From a virus (Duplodnaviria > Caudoviricetes), in IMG/VR virus record IMGVR_UViG_3300020204_000093, positions 1-52,160 of that record: a stretch of DNA of 52,160 bases. One strand, 5' to 3'. Of the stretch, positions 39,701 to 48,688 are shown in pieces. The notes under the pieces are model-generated. The model was not told where the DNA came from and searched no databases. It worked only from the letters and a program-made list of their open reading frames with translations. The position numbers were made by a program, and so were the translations under genes. Position 1 is the stretch's first letter; each line of letters begins with the position of its first letter.

Positions 39701-40761
39701 ATCAACAGAGATATGGTGTTTTTCCCAATTCTTAAATGAATCAACATTGGTCTAGTCCATTCCCCAACATAATAAGTTTTATACTCAGACCCAATCTTTA
39801 AACCTATTGAAGGCCCGTCAACATATATTCCATCGTTTGAGTTAATTGGACCAATAATTCTTTTAACATCATTTGTATAGGAGTTTATTCTAAGCCAAGT
39901 TTCAAGTGTGTACTCTCTAAACTTACCAGACTCATTTAAAAATCCAACACCAGGAACTATTAAGGATGGGCTTGATCCATTTGGGTAAAGAGATGTAAGA
40001 CTTGATGCTCCGTATACCATTGGAATACTTAAATTTTTTGCTTTGATCATGTTGTCAGAAATTAAATAATATGCATCAAGATCTTGTAGTCCATAGCATT
40101 TCGCAACAACCCCCTTTTGGGGTGCAATTGATATATCTGATGCAATGTTTATTGGGGTAACTCCTAAAGATGTTGAGGCAAATTCTTCTGACCACTGACC
40201 TAGACTTAATCCATTAATAAGAAAAACATCTTCTTCATCTGAACCACCAACAAAATTAATCTTAAAAACTAATCTAAAACCTACATCTTCTTGTGGTGGA
40301 TCAAATGTCTCTGACACAAAGACCCAACTCTTATTCATTATTGTGTCATAGTTTTTTAGATTTGTTATTATTTGACCACTAGTTGTGTCTTCATATCGAT
40401 AGCCAATTTCAAATCCTGACACATATGCGCTTTGCGAATAAAAAAACGCACCAATAGAAAATGTTTTTAGGTATTGATTTAAGTCTTGGAAATTCATTAT
40501 TTCATTACTTACTGCAATAATTGATGCAGACTGACTGCTAGTTGGGGTTGCTGTTATTTTACCAACATAACTATTTGTAAATGGTTCACCTATTGATTGA
40601 GGATAGTCTTCATAAGTACCGCCAGTTATTGTCCAATTAGAAAGATTTCTATGGCTTTCTGAAATTAAAGAAACATAGTCTGCTTTATCATCTAAAGCCC
40701 ATAGTGCCGTTGGGTGTTCTGAGAACACCTTTTCTGCGTATAGGTTTGACGGAGTAGACAT
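36754..40761 (-). CDS. Large beta-rich putative virion protein with LamG/concanavalin A-like domain
   Basis: 'HPTALWALDD' and 'YTLETWLRINS...SLLINGQEV...IDCVGIYPY' LamG-like pattern. Confidence 0.6.
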   Translation of the reverse strand: MSTPSNLYAEKVFSEHPTALWALDDKADYVSLISESHRNLSNWTITGGTYEDYPQSIGEPFTNSYVGKITATPTSSQSASIIAVSNEIMNFQDLNQYLKTFSIGAFFYSQSAYVSGFEIGYRYEDTTSGQIITNLKNYDTIMNKSWVFVSETFDPPQEDVGFRLVFKINFVGGSDEEDVFLINGLSLGQWSEEFASTSLGVTPINIASDISIAPQKGVVAKCYGLQDLDAYYLISDNMIKAKNLSIPMVYGASSLTSLYPNGSSPSLIVPGVGFLNESGKFREYTLETWLRINSYTNDVKRIIGPINSNDGIYVDGPSIGLKIGSEYKTYYVGEWTRPMLIHLRIGKNTISLLINGQEVISLDYNRESLVVPNMLNENNKNQDWIGFYAHEDVYPIEIDCVGIYPYVVATAMAKRRFVFGQGVEIPENINTSYSGTSVFIDYAFADYTANYSYPKIGSWQQAFSDNISVVNKSLSIASAPPPKIFLSSKTKEELLSDCKSVQSSDPINFFSFRPNSSWNNVFGYLFFENFDFLKQPVSAFYGCFRLPQSSSTKQTLFRIEKENSNSYFSIELENFNIFYKNGIDSIKINEAKAFMNSTTGIVNTTYTTNVPHQLSENSKVLITQFKKTEFNKSDAHVSVFKIINQNSFSIETPWITLDQNDNEAYADKYSYGLNIPGNGILDFYTTLYSPLIAEPGETVDIGVNIPAFVSRFGNPVSEFFGSLSDLRMYVGGKKNNTETFTGKIYKIGFCTKYNFQKIRSLFNELGVPVWNEDLFAVYQNNQLINIDGGIDTTSLPPYGSITGTAPGAISGGGVIVPDEDFLLDHIASYTLVPDQIFDTYKLTVSANAYWEDQIPLTYFAESVLDKRGDQYFDLDFIQFNIDYPISSKTIALETDPVEWTYAELANEYAFPVQRTYESLDNYLFTGYNDYEDLKNKIAKDYRYDTDGSIVKTYITFQYTELGANQTPFYFTKTERPSRNGILIPKSDWMTTKYEVVDNMIIYPPAGVDFNDLSIVTHIDINVKNSQTNNVNIKKLSYASQALNESDASPIGTRFGTPIYPYTKTGIYYNFKKNNPFAIYTSSSPYLYLTKTSGIQIKGQHDPLVNRGLAIPINSSRANNFKVIASQMAIRFDGDYFPYAPTQIFEVEGKSSHIKFYMVANDSSGRRAKIYGIDAKTGLVQNEIGFYWNGKIVREPVITLQEWGFLGINFSNSLDFSYFEGAMRLTGPLLFNNISYYQATNLQEVQNISERPWFRVKVLSGETLDWEFWSVGPFNWNRVLVLAETSYYGVNPSEVYKSYTGTNKIIVGDNVPISVGNYAYSLYNDIFWNKFTVDPV

Positions 40762-40770
40762 TATGAGTCT

Positions 40771-40779
40771 ATTTTACCA
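40771..40779 (-). promoter_or_regulatory. Extended -10 promoter (TGGTAAAAT)
   Basis: 9 nt upstream of the ATG at 40761. Confidence 0.5.
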
Positions 40780-40786
40780 CAGAAGA

Positions 40787-42820
40787 CTACTTGTTTATTT
40801 TAATTTCACAGTAGTCTGTGGTGCAATATGACTCTCCCTGAGCCTCAAGATTATCTACACCGTCATAAATAGCACTAAAATCAATATGCTTTAATTTACC
40901 AATATATGACTCATACTCTTCTTCTGTAATTTGAGTATATGGCTGCTGTGGATAAACAGTATTCCCCATTGGAAGGAATGAGACTGCTTTTAATTGTCCC
41001 TCGTGCATGTGCAGTGCTGGAACAACATGCTTTGACTCTGTTTCCTTATCAAATGAAAGAGTTACAGAAACTCCGTTATCTGACCAATATTTTTGAGCAG
41101 TTGCAGCAAGAGCAATCTTCTCAAACAGCGTAACATCCTTTTCAGATCTTCTATGTCCTGACTTAATTGGAAAGTACACAACTGATGTATTTGCTGATAC
41201 TACATCGTCTTCAATTGTGTACCCTGCTGCTTTGAACAAATGCATCATTGGATCTGTGTTTCCAAATCGAACTGCACGAAGGAAAAAGTTTCCTCCAGGC
41301 CCCCAGTGAACTCCAGGAGTTGCACCAGAAAGAATTGATACTGACCCTGATGGCTTAACTGTTGTTACACGAATTGATTCACGAACACATAACCACTCTG
41401 AATAAGAATGATCATATTTACGAATTGTGGTATATCCCTCATCCATCCATTCACGAACTGATGGTAAACCATTTTGATCTGCAAATGAAGCAATACCAGT
41501 TAGGGATGTGCCAATGCGACGATTGCGTTGCATGATACCGTTTGTTTGTGGCCAGTGTGTTGGAACAAGTGTTACAGTCTTTCCATAAAGATATGCGAAC
41601 TTCAGGGTACGCAGGAAGTCCTCCTTGGATTCATGACGATTTAAGTGCACTTCTACAAGTGTACATAGTTCGTATGATTCCAATGGCTGCTCCGCACATG
41701 GGTTGAATCCCATCACACGATAATCCTTACCGTCTGGCGCATCCTTTAGTCGTCCATAATTACGAGCAACATCAAGCCAGATAAAACCTGGTTCTCCGTT
41801 TTCTGTAATTAAATCTACATAGTCTTCGTACCTTGTTCCTACTTCTGCTGAAATAGAATTATTAGACATCCAAGCCCAGCCTGGATTTTCTGGATCAAAT
41901 GAGTTTCTTTCTGGAAATGACTCAGAGTTCTTCAAATTCATAAACACATCATCTCCAGCACTACCCAAAGCAAGGGTTGCTGACCTTCTAACATTTCCTG
42001 AAACTACACAAGTTCCAATCAAATTGACTAGGTCTACAATGGCACGAGAGTCTAGTGTTTCTCCAGCCCTGGAGCCTATCACACGGTCTATCTGGCTGTG
42101 CAACCTGATAAGAGGTGCAGGACCTGATGCAACGCCTCCAAAGCCCTTTATAGGGGCTCCTAGGGGCCTAATTAGATCATAGTTAAACTTCTGTATATTT
42201 TGATTTGGCCTGAGATATGAATTTATCAAAACTCTCACCGACTCAACCCATCCTTCACGAGTGTCTGGAATTTCATAAATCTGTTCTGGCTCTGTAGGGC
42301 TATAAATTGAGAACCCCTTGTCTTGTCCAATAGTATCAAAACCAACACCAATACCAAGCATTAGGGCATCCATTACCCATGCAAACAATGCACCTGGATC
42401 ATTTTTGTCAAGGTCCTTTGTTGATACCATTGCACAGTTTTGAAGTGCTGCAGAGTTCTTTTTCTCCATAGTCATAGGAGTTCCGAATGCCCACATACCA
42501 CGACCTGGCGGGGTCCACTTCAAATTAAACATTCTATCAAATGCTTCTTGTGCTGACTTCTGAGCCTTATAGTCATTCCATGGAAGACGATTTTCTTTAG
42601 CATGATTTTTTTGAACCGAATACATGCCCTCGATTACACGACGACAAACCTCATGCCAGCGTTCTTTAGTTCCATCTTCCTTCATTCGAGAATAAGTACG
42701 AATAAAGGTAATTTCTCCAAGTGAATTTTCTGCTGCATCTTTAAATCCAAATGGACTCTCTACACCTTTATACTTTTCTATAAAATCTTCTGGAAGTTTA
42801 AAACTAAAAAAATCTGACAT
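40787..42820 (-). CDS. nrdJ: Class II (adenosylcobalamin-dependent) ribonucleotide reductase
   Basis: 'PPGRG', 'LQNC', 'GNVRRSA', 'NPCAEQ', 'ELCTLVE', 'TTVKPSGS', C-terminal 'CTTDYC'; no beta subunit nearby; start moved to MSDFF. Confidence 0.92.
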   Translation of the reverse strand: MSDFFSFKLPEDFIEKYKGVESPFGFKDAAENSLGEITFIRTYSRMKEDGTKERWHEVCRRVIEGMYSVQKNHAKENRLPWNDYKAQKSAQEAFDRMFNLKWTPPGRGMWAFGTPMTMEKKNSAALQNCAMVSTKDLDKNDPGALFAWVMDALMLGIGVGFDTIGQDKGFSIYSPTEPEQIYEIPDTREGWVESVRVLINSYLRPNQNIQKFNYDLIRPLGAPIKGFGGVASGPAPLIRLHSQIDRVIGSRAGETLDSRAIVDLVNLIGTCVVSGNVRRSATLALGSAGDDVFMNLKNSESFPERNSFDPENPGWAWMSNNSISAEVGTRYEDYVDLITENGEPGFIWLDVARNYGRLKDAPDGKDYRVMGFNPCAEQPLESYELCTLVEVHLNRHESKEDFLRTLKFAYLYGKTVTLVPTHWPQTNGIMQRNRRIGTSLTGIASFADQNGLPSVREWMDEGYTTIRKYDHSYSEWLCVRESIRVTTVKPSGSVSILSGATPGVHWGPGGNFFLRAVRFGNTDPMMHLFKAAGYTIEDDVVSANTSVVYFPIKSGHRRSEKDVTLFEKIALAATAQKYWSDNGVSVTLSFDKETESKHVVPALHMHEGQLKAVSFLPMGNTVYPQQPYTQITEEEYESYIGKLKHIDFSAIYDGVDNLEAQGESYCTTDYCEIKINK

Positions 42821-42857
42821 AATATTTGATCGTCCTTTCAAAACGGAATAAGTGTTA

Positions 42858-42866
42858 ATTATAGCA
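42858..42866 (-). promoter_or_regulatory. Extended -10 promoter (TGCTATAAT) for nrdJ
   Basis: Upstream of AAAGGA RBS; supports the 42820 start. Confidence 0.6.
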
Positions 42867-42875
42867 GAGTTTTGC

Positions 42876-42914
42876 AAAAAGTAAAACTCTCCTCTAAACA
42901 ACAGGTTGAGAGTT
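42876..42914 (-). terminator. Possible terminator ending the oxygenase operon
   Basis: Minus strand AACTCTC...GAGAGTT stem followed by TTACTTTTT; large loop, weak. Confidence 0.35.
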
Positions 42915-42919
42915 AAAAA

Positions 42920-43582
42920 CTATTTACCACTAAGTATATGATTTATCTCTATATGATTTATGTTAACATGTTTAGGTAGACTTGCTACCCATCTTATAGA
43001 CTCAGCCATATCTTCAGCAGTTATGGCAATGTCTCTTTTTTCTTCTTGTGTATCAATTGTTCCTGGGCAAATTTCAGTAACTTTAATTCCATACTCTGGA
43101 AACTCCAGCCTCATTGTATCAACAAGTGCCATCATTCCTCTTTTAGCATTTGTATAGTTTCCTCCTGACCTATAAGCAAACTTTCCTCCAAGAGAACTAA
43201 TGAATATAATGGTGGCAGACTCTGATTTTTTCATACAGGGAACAAACAATTGAGACAAATACATTGGCCCAGATACATTTATATCATACGCTCTTCTAAA
43301 ATTATCCATTGTCTCATTTATAATGCTAGTTGGGCCAGAGCCTCCTCCTGCATTGTTCACTAGAAGATCTAGGGTTATATCTTTGTATTTATCATAAAAC
43401 TTCTTTATTTCGTTAGCACTTGTAATGTCCATCTGATAAACTTCTACGCTATCTCCAACAAGTCCTGAAACTTTTGACAAGTCTCTTGATACAGCAATAA
43501 CCTTATATCCACTTTCAGATAAAAGTTTTACAGTTGCATAACCAACACCTTTGCTTGCTCCTGTAACAATTGCTGTTTTCAC
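42920..43582 (-). CDS. Short-chain dehydrogenase/reductase (YdfG-like, probably NADP-dependent)
   Basis: 'TGASKGVG', 'NNAG', 'ISS', 'YTNAK', 'ICPG'. Confidence 0.9.
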   Translation of the reverse strand: MKTAIVTGASKGVGYATVKLLSESGYKVIAVSRDLSKVSGLVGDSVEVYQMDITSANEIKKFYDKYKDITLDLLVNNAGGGSGPTSIINETMDNFRRAYDINVSGPMYLSQLFVPCMKKSESATIIFISSLGGKFAYRSGGNYTNAKRGMMALVDTMRLEFPEYGIKVTEICPGTIDTQEEKRDIAITAEDMAESIRWVASLPKHVNINHIEINHILSGK

Positions 43583-44286
43583 TACATAGACCTATGAAAT
43601 TCCATATTGTTGTGAATCCAGTGAGATGGAACCATATACTTAAACTTACTTTTTACCAAATGTGCTGTGTGATAGTATGGAGCAGAAGATGGAAAAATAA
43701 TAATGCTTCCTGCTTTTGGCTTAATTCCAAAATCAATTATTTTTTTGTTTCGTTCATCTTCATAGTCTTCAATAGGTCTTATTGCATCATTGTTTTCATA
43801 ATCATTTAAACTAAAAGATATTTCTCCGCCCTCAAAGTCATCATTTAGATACATAACTAAAGAATATCTTAATGTTTTATCACCGTCAAGTTGATCAAAA
43901 TGAGAACCCATATAGGTTCCAGTATAATATTTTTTTATGTTAAAGACTGGAAAAAGATTTGGCTCTTCATAGTCACCAATAGATTCTGCATAGTCTTTGG
44001 ACACAGAATAGAACGAGTCCATAATATTGTTATAAACAAAAAGCATTTTTTCTTTATACAAACCGTCAAGGTTATTAATAAGTTTTAAATCAAATGAGAC
44101 TGTGTCTCCGTATATACATTCTTTGTCATTTGACGCTGTCCAAGTATCCCACATTTTTTTGCCGTCATTTTTGTATACATCTTCTAATTCAGACAAAGAA
44201 CTTATCACTTCATCTAAATTTTTTACAGCATCGTCATAATAATATACCTTGTCGTGAAGTATGGTTTTAATCATTAGTGAATCCAA
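43582..44286 (-). CDS. 2OG-Fe(II) oxygenase (prolyl 4-hydroxylase-like) #8
   Basis: HFD...YLNDDFEGGE...YHTA...KY. Confidence 0.88.
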   Translation of the reverse strand: MDSLMIKTILHDKVYYYDDAVKNLDEVISSLSELEDVYKNDGKKMWDTWTASNDKECIYGDTVSFDLKLINNLDGLYKEKMLFVYNNIMDSFYSVSKDYAESIGDYEEPNLFPVFNIKKYYTGTYMGSHFDQLDGDKTLRYSLVMYLNDDFEGGEISFSLNDYENNDAIRPIEDYEDERNKKIIDFGIKPKAGSIIIFPSSAPYYHTAHLVKSKFKYMVPSHWIHNNMEFHRSM

Positions 44287-44903
44287 TGCTGTGGAACCAT
44301 TATTTTTTCGCCACTTTTAACTAGGTGGGCGGTGTGATGATATGGTGGAGATGGTGGAAATACAATAACGCTCCCTGCTTTTGGCTTAATAGCAAAGGTA
44401 AAATTTTTATTTTTTTCCGCTTCTAGAAAGTCTGGCTCAGGGCTTGAATTTTTTAGAACTCCATCTGGAGAAGCAATAGTAAAAGATATTTCTCCTCCCT
44501 CATAATTGTCATTTAAGTACATAACAAAAGAGACTTTTAGTCTTTCATCTCCTTCTTGCTGATCAAAATGTGCACCCATAAATGTTCCTGGCTGATACTT
44601 CTTAATAGGGTACTGAGGAAATAGTTTAGGCTCATCTGTAATTCCTTGTGCCTTAGCGTAATCTTTTGCAACATCATCAAATGCTTTTCTTAATGTTTCA
44701 TAAATATACTTATTTTTTTCATCAGCATCTGGAGTCAGTGCAATAGTTTTATCTGTTCCATAGACATAGTGTTGACCGCTACAGGCCATCCATTCGCCCC
44801 AGGGATCCTTGTTGTCATTCTCAATTGCGTCAACAAGTTTCTTTGGGTCTTCAATTACATTTGTGTAATAGTAAACCTTTTCTTCAAGTATTTCTTTGTC
44901 CAT
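44274..44903 (-). CDS. 2OG-Fe(II) oxygenase (prolyl 4-hydroxylase-like) #7
   Basis: HFD...YLNDNYEGGE...HHTA...KI. Confidence 0.88.
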   Translation of the reverse strand: MDKEILEEKVYYYTNVIEDPKKLVDAIENDNKDPWGEWMACSGQHYVYGTDKTIALTPDADEKNKYIYETLRKAFDDVAKDYAKAQGITDEPKLFPQYPIKKYQPGTFMGAHFDQQEGDERLKVSFVMYLNDNYEGGEISFTIASPDGVLKNSSPEPDFLEAEKNKNFTFAIKPKAGSVIVFPPSPPYHHTAHLVKSGEKIMVPQHWIH

Positions 44904-44914
44904 TTTGTGTCTCC

Positions 44915-45577
44915 TCAGTATTTATTCTTCTCATAAAAACCTGTTACCTTCATAAATCCCACAGTAACATACCTTATGGGTCCTTCTCCTACAAACCTTA
45001 CTCCATGCTCATACTCTTCATTACCTGGAAAAATAAGCAATGTCCTTGGCTTTGGTCTCAAGTCTGAGTTTTCCTTATTTTTAAAAAATAAAGTCCCGTC
45101 CTTGTAGTCGTCATTGATATATAGTATAGCAGCATATCTAATAGATGGATCTGTATGCTGATCTGTATGAGACTTAAGTTCAACACCCGCCTGCATCCTT
45201 TGGAGCGTTCCAAACCCAGCAAGTTCTAAAGATGGATCTGCCTTTTCTAATAGTCTTCCAAGCCTACCTTGTAAGGTTATGCTTATCTCTTCTGTTGTAA
45301 TGTTTAGGTTTTTATCTGCCCAATTTTGAGTGATTTCAAATTTTCCTTCTGCTACAAGATTTTCTACATCGTCCCTTCCAAATTTTTCCATGCAAAATCT
45401 AGCAAGATTTTTTGTATATTCTATTGACCAGTCTTCTTCTGGCGTTCTATTAATTATGTTTAGGATGGTCTGCAACTCTTCTTCGGTCATAAAGTCTTCT
45501 ATAGACAAAATATGATCATGAAAAACTTCAGTATTGTATCCAGCGTTGTCGAATTCCTTTTTTAAAAAAACCTCCAT
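44915..45577 (-). CDS. 2OG-Fe(II) oxygenase (prolyl 4-hydroxylase-like) #6
   Basis: HTD...YINDDYKDG...EHGV...RY. Confidence 0.88.
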   Translation of the reverse strand: MEVFLKKEFDNAGYNTEVFHDHILSIEDFMTEEELQTILNIINRTPEEDWSIEYTKNLARFCMEKFGRDDVENLVAEGKFEITQNWADKNLNITTEEISITLQGRLGRLLEKADPSLELAGFGTLQRMQAGVELKSHTDQHTDPSIRYAAILYINDDYKDGTLFFKNKENSDLRPKPRTLLIFPGNEEYEHGVRFVGEGPIRYVTVGFMKVTGFYEKNKY

Positions 45578-46324
45578 CTACAACTCCTCTACCTTGTACC
45601 TATTTCCGTTAGCATCAAGTTTCCACCCTTGCTTTAATAGTTCTTGCCACTCTGCTCTCTCTATTTCCTGCTTGGCTCTTGTCTCTTTCATTTCTGCTGC
45701 CCAAGCATCTCTTAGTTCTTGTGGGTATGCGTCTTCTTCACGATCATCCCAGAATGAACCTATGGTATACCTAACTCCTTTAGTTATAAGAGTTACTTCA
45801 TGCATATTATTAAATCCCCCGTCAAATGCAGCAAGCATTCCAACTTTAGGTTGAATATTTATTTCTTGATCTGGGAACTGTAAAAGCCCTCCCTCAAAAT
45901 TATCATTTAAATATAAGAATGCTGCATATCGACTTCTAGTAAAAGCACCAGAATGTCCATGCTCATCTGTATTGTCAGAATGTTTTCTTGCATAAGCACC
46001 TGGCTCCCATTTCTGAGTATGATATCCAATTTGAGAAATTATCTTAGGATCGAGGTCATGAACGCTTGCAACAGCATCAATGATTCCTTGTTTTATTTGT
46101 GAAAATACATCGCTTGGCAATCCTTCATTTTCTACATGCTCATCATTATCTTGTGGCAGAACTGAAGAATAAGACTCATAGAAAGATATGGGCATCCAGT
46201 TAATCAACCCAAGTTCTGCATGCTTATCTAAAACCTTTACAAGTTTTGCAGCAGTTTCTGCATCAATAAAGTTTTCATAAATAACTATATCTTTAGTTAT
46301 TCTTTTTTTGTTTTCTAGATTCAT
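45578..46324 (-). CDS. 2OG-Fe(II) oxygenase (prolyl 4-hydroxylase-like) #5
   Basis: HSD...YLNDNFEGG...MHEV...RY. Confidence 0.88.
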   Translation of the reverse strand: MNLENKKRITKDIVIYENFIDAETAAKLVKVLDKHAELGLINWMPISFYESYSSVLPQDNDEHVENEGLPSDVFSQIKQGIIDAVASVHDLDPKIISQIGYHTQKWEPGAYARKHSDNTDEHGHSGAFTRSRYAAFLYLNDNFEGGLLQFPDQEINIQPKVGMLAAFDGGFNNMHEVTLITKGVRYTIGSFWDDREEDAYPQELRDAWAAEMKETRAKQEIERAEWQELLKQGWKLDANGNRYKVEEL

Positions 46325-47178
46325 TTTATCCTTCTTTCTTTTTCAGTATTCCATTTATTTGGATTTGCAATTCTAAATGCCTCTAAAATTCCTGGCTGCA
46401 TTTCTTGCCATTTTTCCTTGCCATATTTTTCTTCATTTTCAAACCAATCAGGACTTCCCAAAGAATATTTCATCCAATACATTCTTGCCAAGTATTTTGA
46501 TTTTTTATATGAGGGCATAACTCCATGAAGATATATAGAATTTTCAGACATCAAGAGTTCTGGATGACCAGAAGGGAAAACAACCATATCTCCAGCCTCT
46601 GGCTTATACATATAGGCTTCTCCATTTGCTATGAAATCAATCTCTCCACCTTCATAGTCATCATTAAAATATGTTAAGGCAGTAATTGCAAATTTATATC
46701 CTGGACTTGTAATTGGCTCTCGTATATAGTCTGTATGGTATGTCATTGCTACCACATCCTCAACGTTTTCATGATATCTTGCTATTGATGGACCGCTAAT
46801 CGTCCACTCTTTTACATCATAATTTTTTTTATCTTTAATATTTGGAACAATTTTATTTTTATCAAAATCAACATTGTTTTTTAAGACATAGTCTTCTGTT
46901 GCTTTATGAAAATTAACAAATATTTCTAAAAGAATATCCTTATGCACTTTTTCTTTTTCTGTTTTTGTTTCTATTTTTTTTATTTCTTTAACTGGTAACA
47001 TATCGCCAAAATTTTTAAAAGTTGGGGAAAGATATTCTCCAAAATGTGACCACTTAGACCAGGGGGCAAGAAGTCCATCTGTTCCATCTGACTCTTTTAA
47101 TGTTTGATATATATAGTCAATGTCTTTATACAAACCTTTATATACAACAATTTTTGGATATATCTCTACAGCATTCAT
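46321..47178 (-). CDS. 2OG-Fe(II) oxygenase (prolyl 4-hydroxylase-like) #4
   Basis: HTD...YFNDDYEGGE...LHGV...KY. Confidence 0.88.
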   Translation of the reverse strand: MNAVEIYPKIVVYKGLYKDIDYIYQTLKESDGTDGLLAPWSKWSHFGEYLSPTFKNFGDMLPVKEIKKIETKTEKEKVHKDILLEIFVNFHKATEDYVLKNNVDFDKNKIVPNIKDKKNYDVKEWTISGPSIARYHENVEDVVAMTYHTDYIREPITSPGYKFAITALTYFNDDYEGGEIDFIANGEAYMYKPEAGDMVVFPSGHPELLMSENSIYLHGVMPSYKKSKYLARMYWMKYSLGSPDWFENEEKYGKEKWQEMQPGILEAFRIANPNKWNTEKERRIK

Positions 47179-47936
47179 TGACCATTCCTAATTCCATTGT
47201 CTGGGTCCCAGGCTCTTATTGACTCATCGTTAGGAAAAATTCTATGATATTTTTTATTAAAGTCTGGCTTTTCTTCTCCAGTGTGCCCTAGAATTTCCCA
47301 AAAGAATGGGCAGGTATATCTAGTACCATTTTTAATTTTTGTTACTCCATGAACATAATTCATATCCCCTGGGAAAAAATATGCCGAACCTCTTTTTGGT
47401 TTAAACTGTATTCCCTGATTAGGAAAATACAACTCTCCACCTTCATAGTCATCATTTATATAGAATAAACTTGCAATATCATAGTTTGGAAAATCATTAG
47501 GAGTTCCTGCATCTGGGCCAGAGTGCAACTCTTTGTCTGCATGGGGCAACTGATATTGGCCAGGATTCCACTTTACAATAGTTTGCCCAGTAGGTTGAAC
47601 ACTAACATTAAAAAATTTTTCAATAACTGGCTGAAGTTTATTAAACAAGCCAACAATTACTGGAACAATATTTGGATCATTTTGGTTAAGAGATGGCGCA
47701 CTTGCTACTCTATCTTTCCAGTAGTCTGCATCATAAATGACAGTGCCATTTTCATTTTTATGACTTTGGGTAACATCCCAGATAGTTATGCTTCGTGCTG
47801 CATTGTCTAAAAAGTCAACCTCTGCTTGAGTCATAAAGTTTTCTAACTCAATAATATTTTCTGATCCGCTTCCAAAAAAGCCAGAAGGTGTGCTTGATGG
47901 CTTTCTCACTACGGTTATGGCTTCTTGTGAATTCAT
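47175..47936 (-). CDS. 2OG-Fe(II) oxygenase (prolyl 4-hydroxylase-like) #3
   Basis: HAD...YINDDYEGGE...VHGV...RY. Confidence 0.9.
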   Translation of the reverse strand: MNSQEAITVVRKPSSTPSGFFGSGSENIIELENFMTQAEVDFLDNAARSITIWDVTQSHKNENGTVIYDADYWKDRVASAPSLNQNDPNIVPVIVGLFNKLQPVIEKFFNVSVQPTGQTIVKWNPGQYQLPHADKELHSGPDAGTPNDFPNYDIASLFYINDDYEGGELYFPNQGIQFKPKRGSAYFFPGDMNYVHGVTKIKNGTRYTCPFFWEILGHTGEEKPDFNKKYHRIFPNDESIRAWDPDNGIRNGQ

Positions 47937-47942
47937 ATTTAA

Positions 47943-47951
47943 ATTATATCA
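47943..47951 (-). promoter_or_regulatory. Extended -10 promoter (TGATATAAT), leaderless, for six-oxygenase + SDR operon
   Basis: 6 nt upstream of the ATG at 47936. Confidence 0.65.
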
Positions 47952-47971
47952 CAGGCTTTATATCCTATAAT

Positions 47972-48688
47972 TTACATACCTTTCTCAGTATTGTCTTCTA
48001 CATAAAGTTTTAAAGTTTTTACTTCATGGGAGCCAAGGCTTTCTCCCTTTTCATTTATAGCATCTCTGTACCAGTCTGTCCATTGTCCAGAACTATTAAC
48101 CTCTTGTGCTGCTTGTCCATACTTAATGTTTGCTTGTTCTCTTACTCTACCCTCATCTTCATAATTAACAATTTGAATTTTAGTGTTATTTAAATTTGTT
48201 AAAGATATTGGAATAATTGTTGCTATTGGAGTTCCTGCTTTTATGGTAATTGTTTCATTTGCTTTTTTTGCTTTGATTGCCAATGGTAAGGGATTTTCAT
48301 AAAAAGATGTACTTATTAGATTGGACATTGTTTCAAAATTTTCATTAAAATAGTTAACAGGATTAATCGTCCATATGCTAACATCTTTGTCTGTTTTAAA
48401 AACTAAGCCTGTATTAAAACTTATAGATGACTGCCCCCTACCTGAATAAGAGCCATCTGGGCCAGATATTATATTTATGTGCTGATCGGTTTGATCATTT
48501 ACGCCATCCCAAATAAATTGAATATCTTCTTCACAAAACATATTCCACCCAACAACATTTGCCTGAGTTACGGGGAAACATCTATATGCATGGTTTTCTG
48601 ATGTTGCATCCATCCAATCTCTTTTAATTGACATTGGACTAATGTTAAATTTAATACCACGCATTTTTTCTATAGATATATTGAACAC
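47972..48688 (-). CDS. DUF6065-family protein
   Basis: 'RDWMDAT..NHAYRCFPVTQANVVGW' and 'IKAGTPIATIIP'. Confidence 0.72.
   Translation of the reverse strand: MFNISIEKMRGIKFNISPMSIKRDWMDATSENHAYRCFPVTQANVVGWNMFCEEDIQFIWDGVNDQTDQHINIISGPDGSYSGRGQSSISFNTGLVFKTDKDVSIWTINPVNYFNENFETMSNLISTSFYENPLPLAIKAKKANETITIKAGTPIATIIPISLTNLNNTKIQIVNYEDEGRVREQANIKYGQAAQEVNSSGQWTDWYRDAINEKGESLGSHEVKTLKLYVEDNTEKGM

Noticed and set aside
40787-42901. Longer N-termini given by the ORF track for nrdJ (also portal 36410, capsid 33374, nuclease 1946)
   Set aside because: The extensions overlap promoters or upstream genes. The downstream ATGs chosen for nrdJ, portal and capsid have clear RBSs, and the nuclease ATG at 1919 shortens the overlap with the upstream gene.
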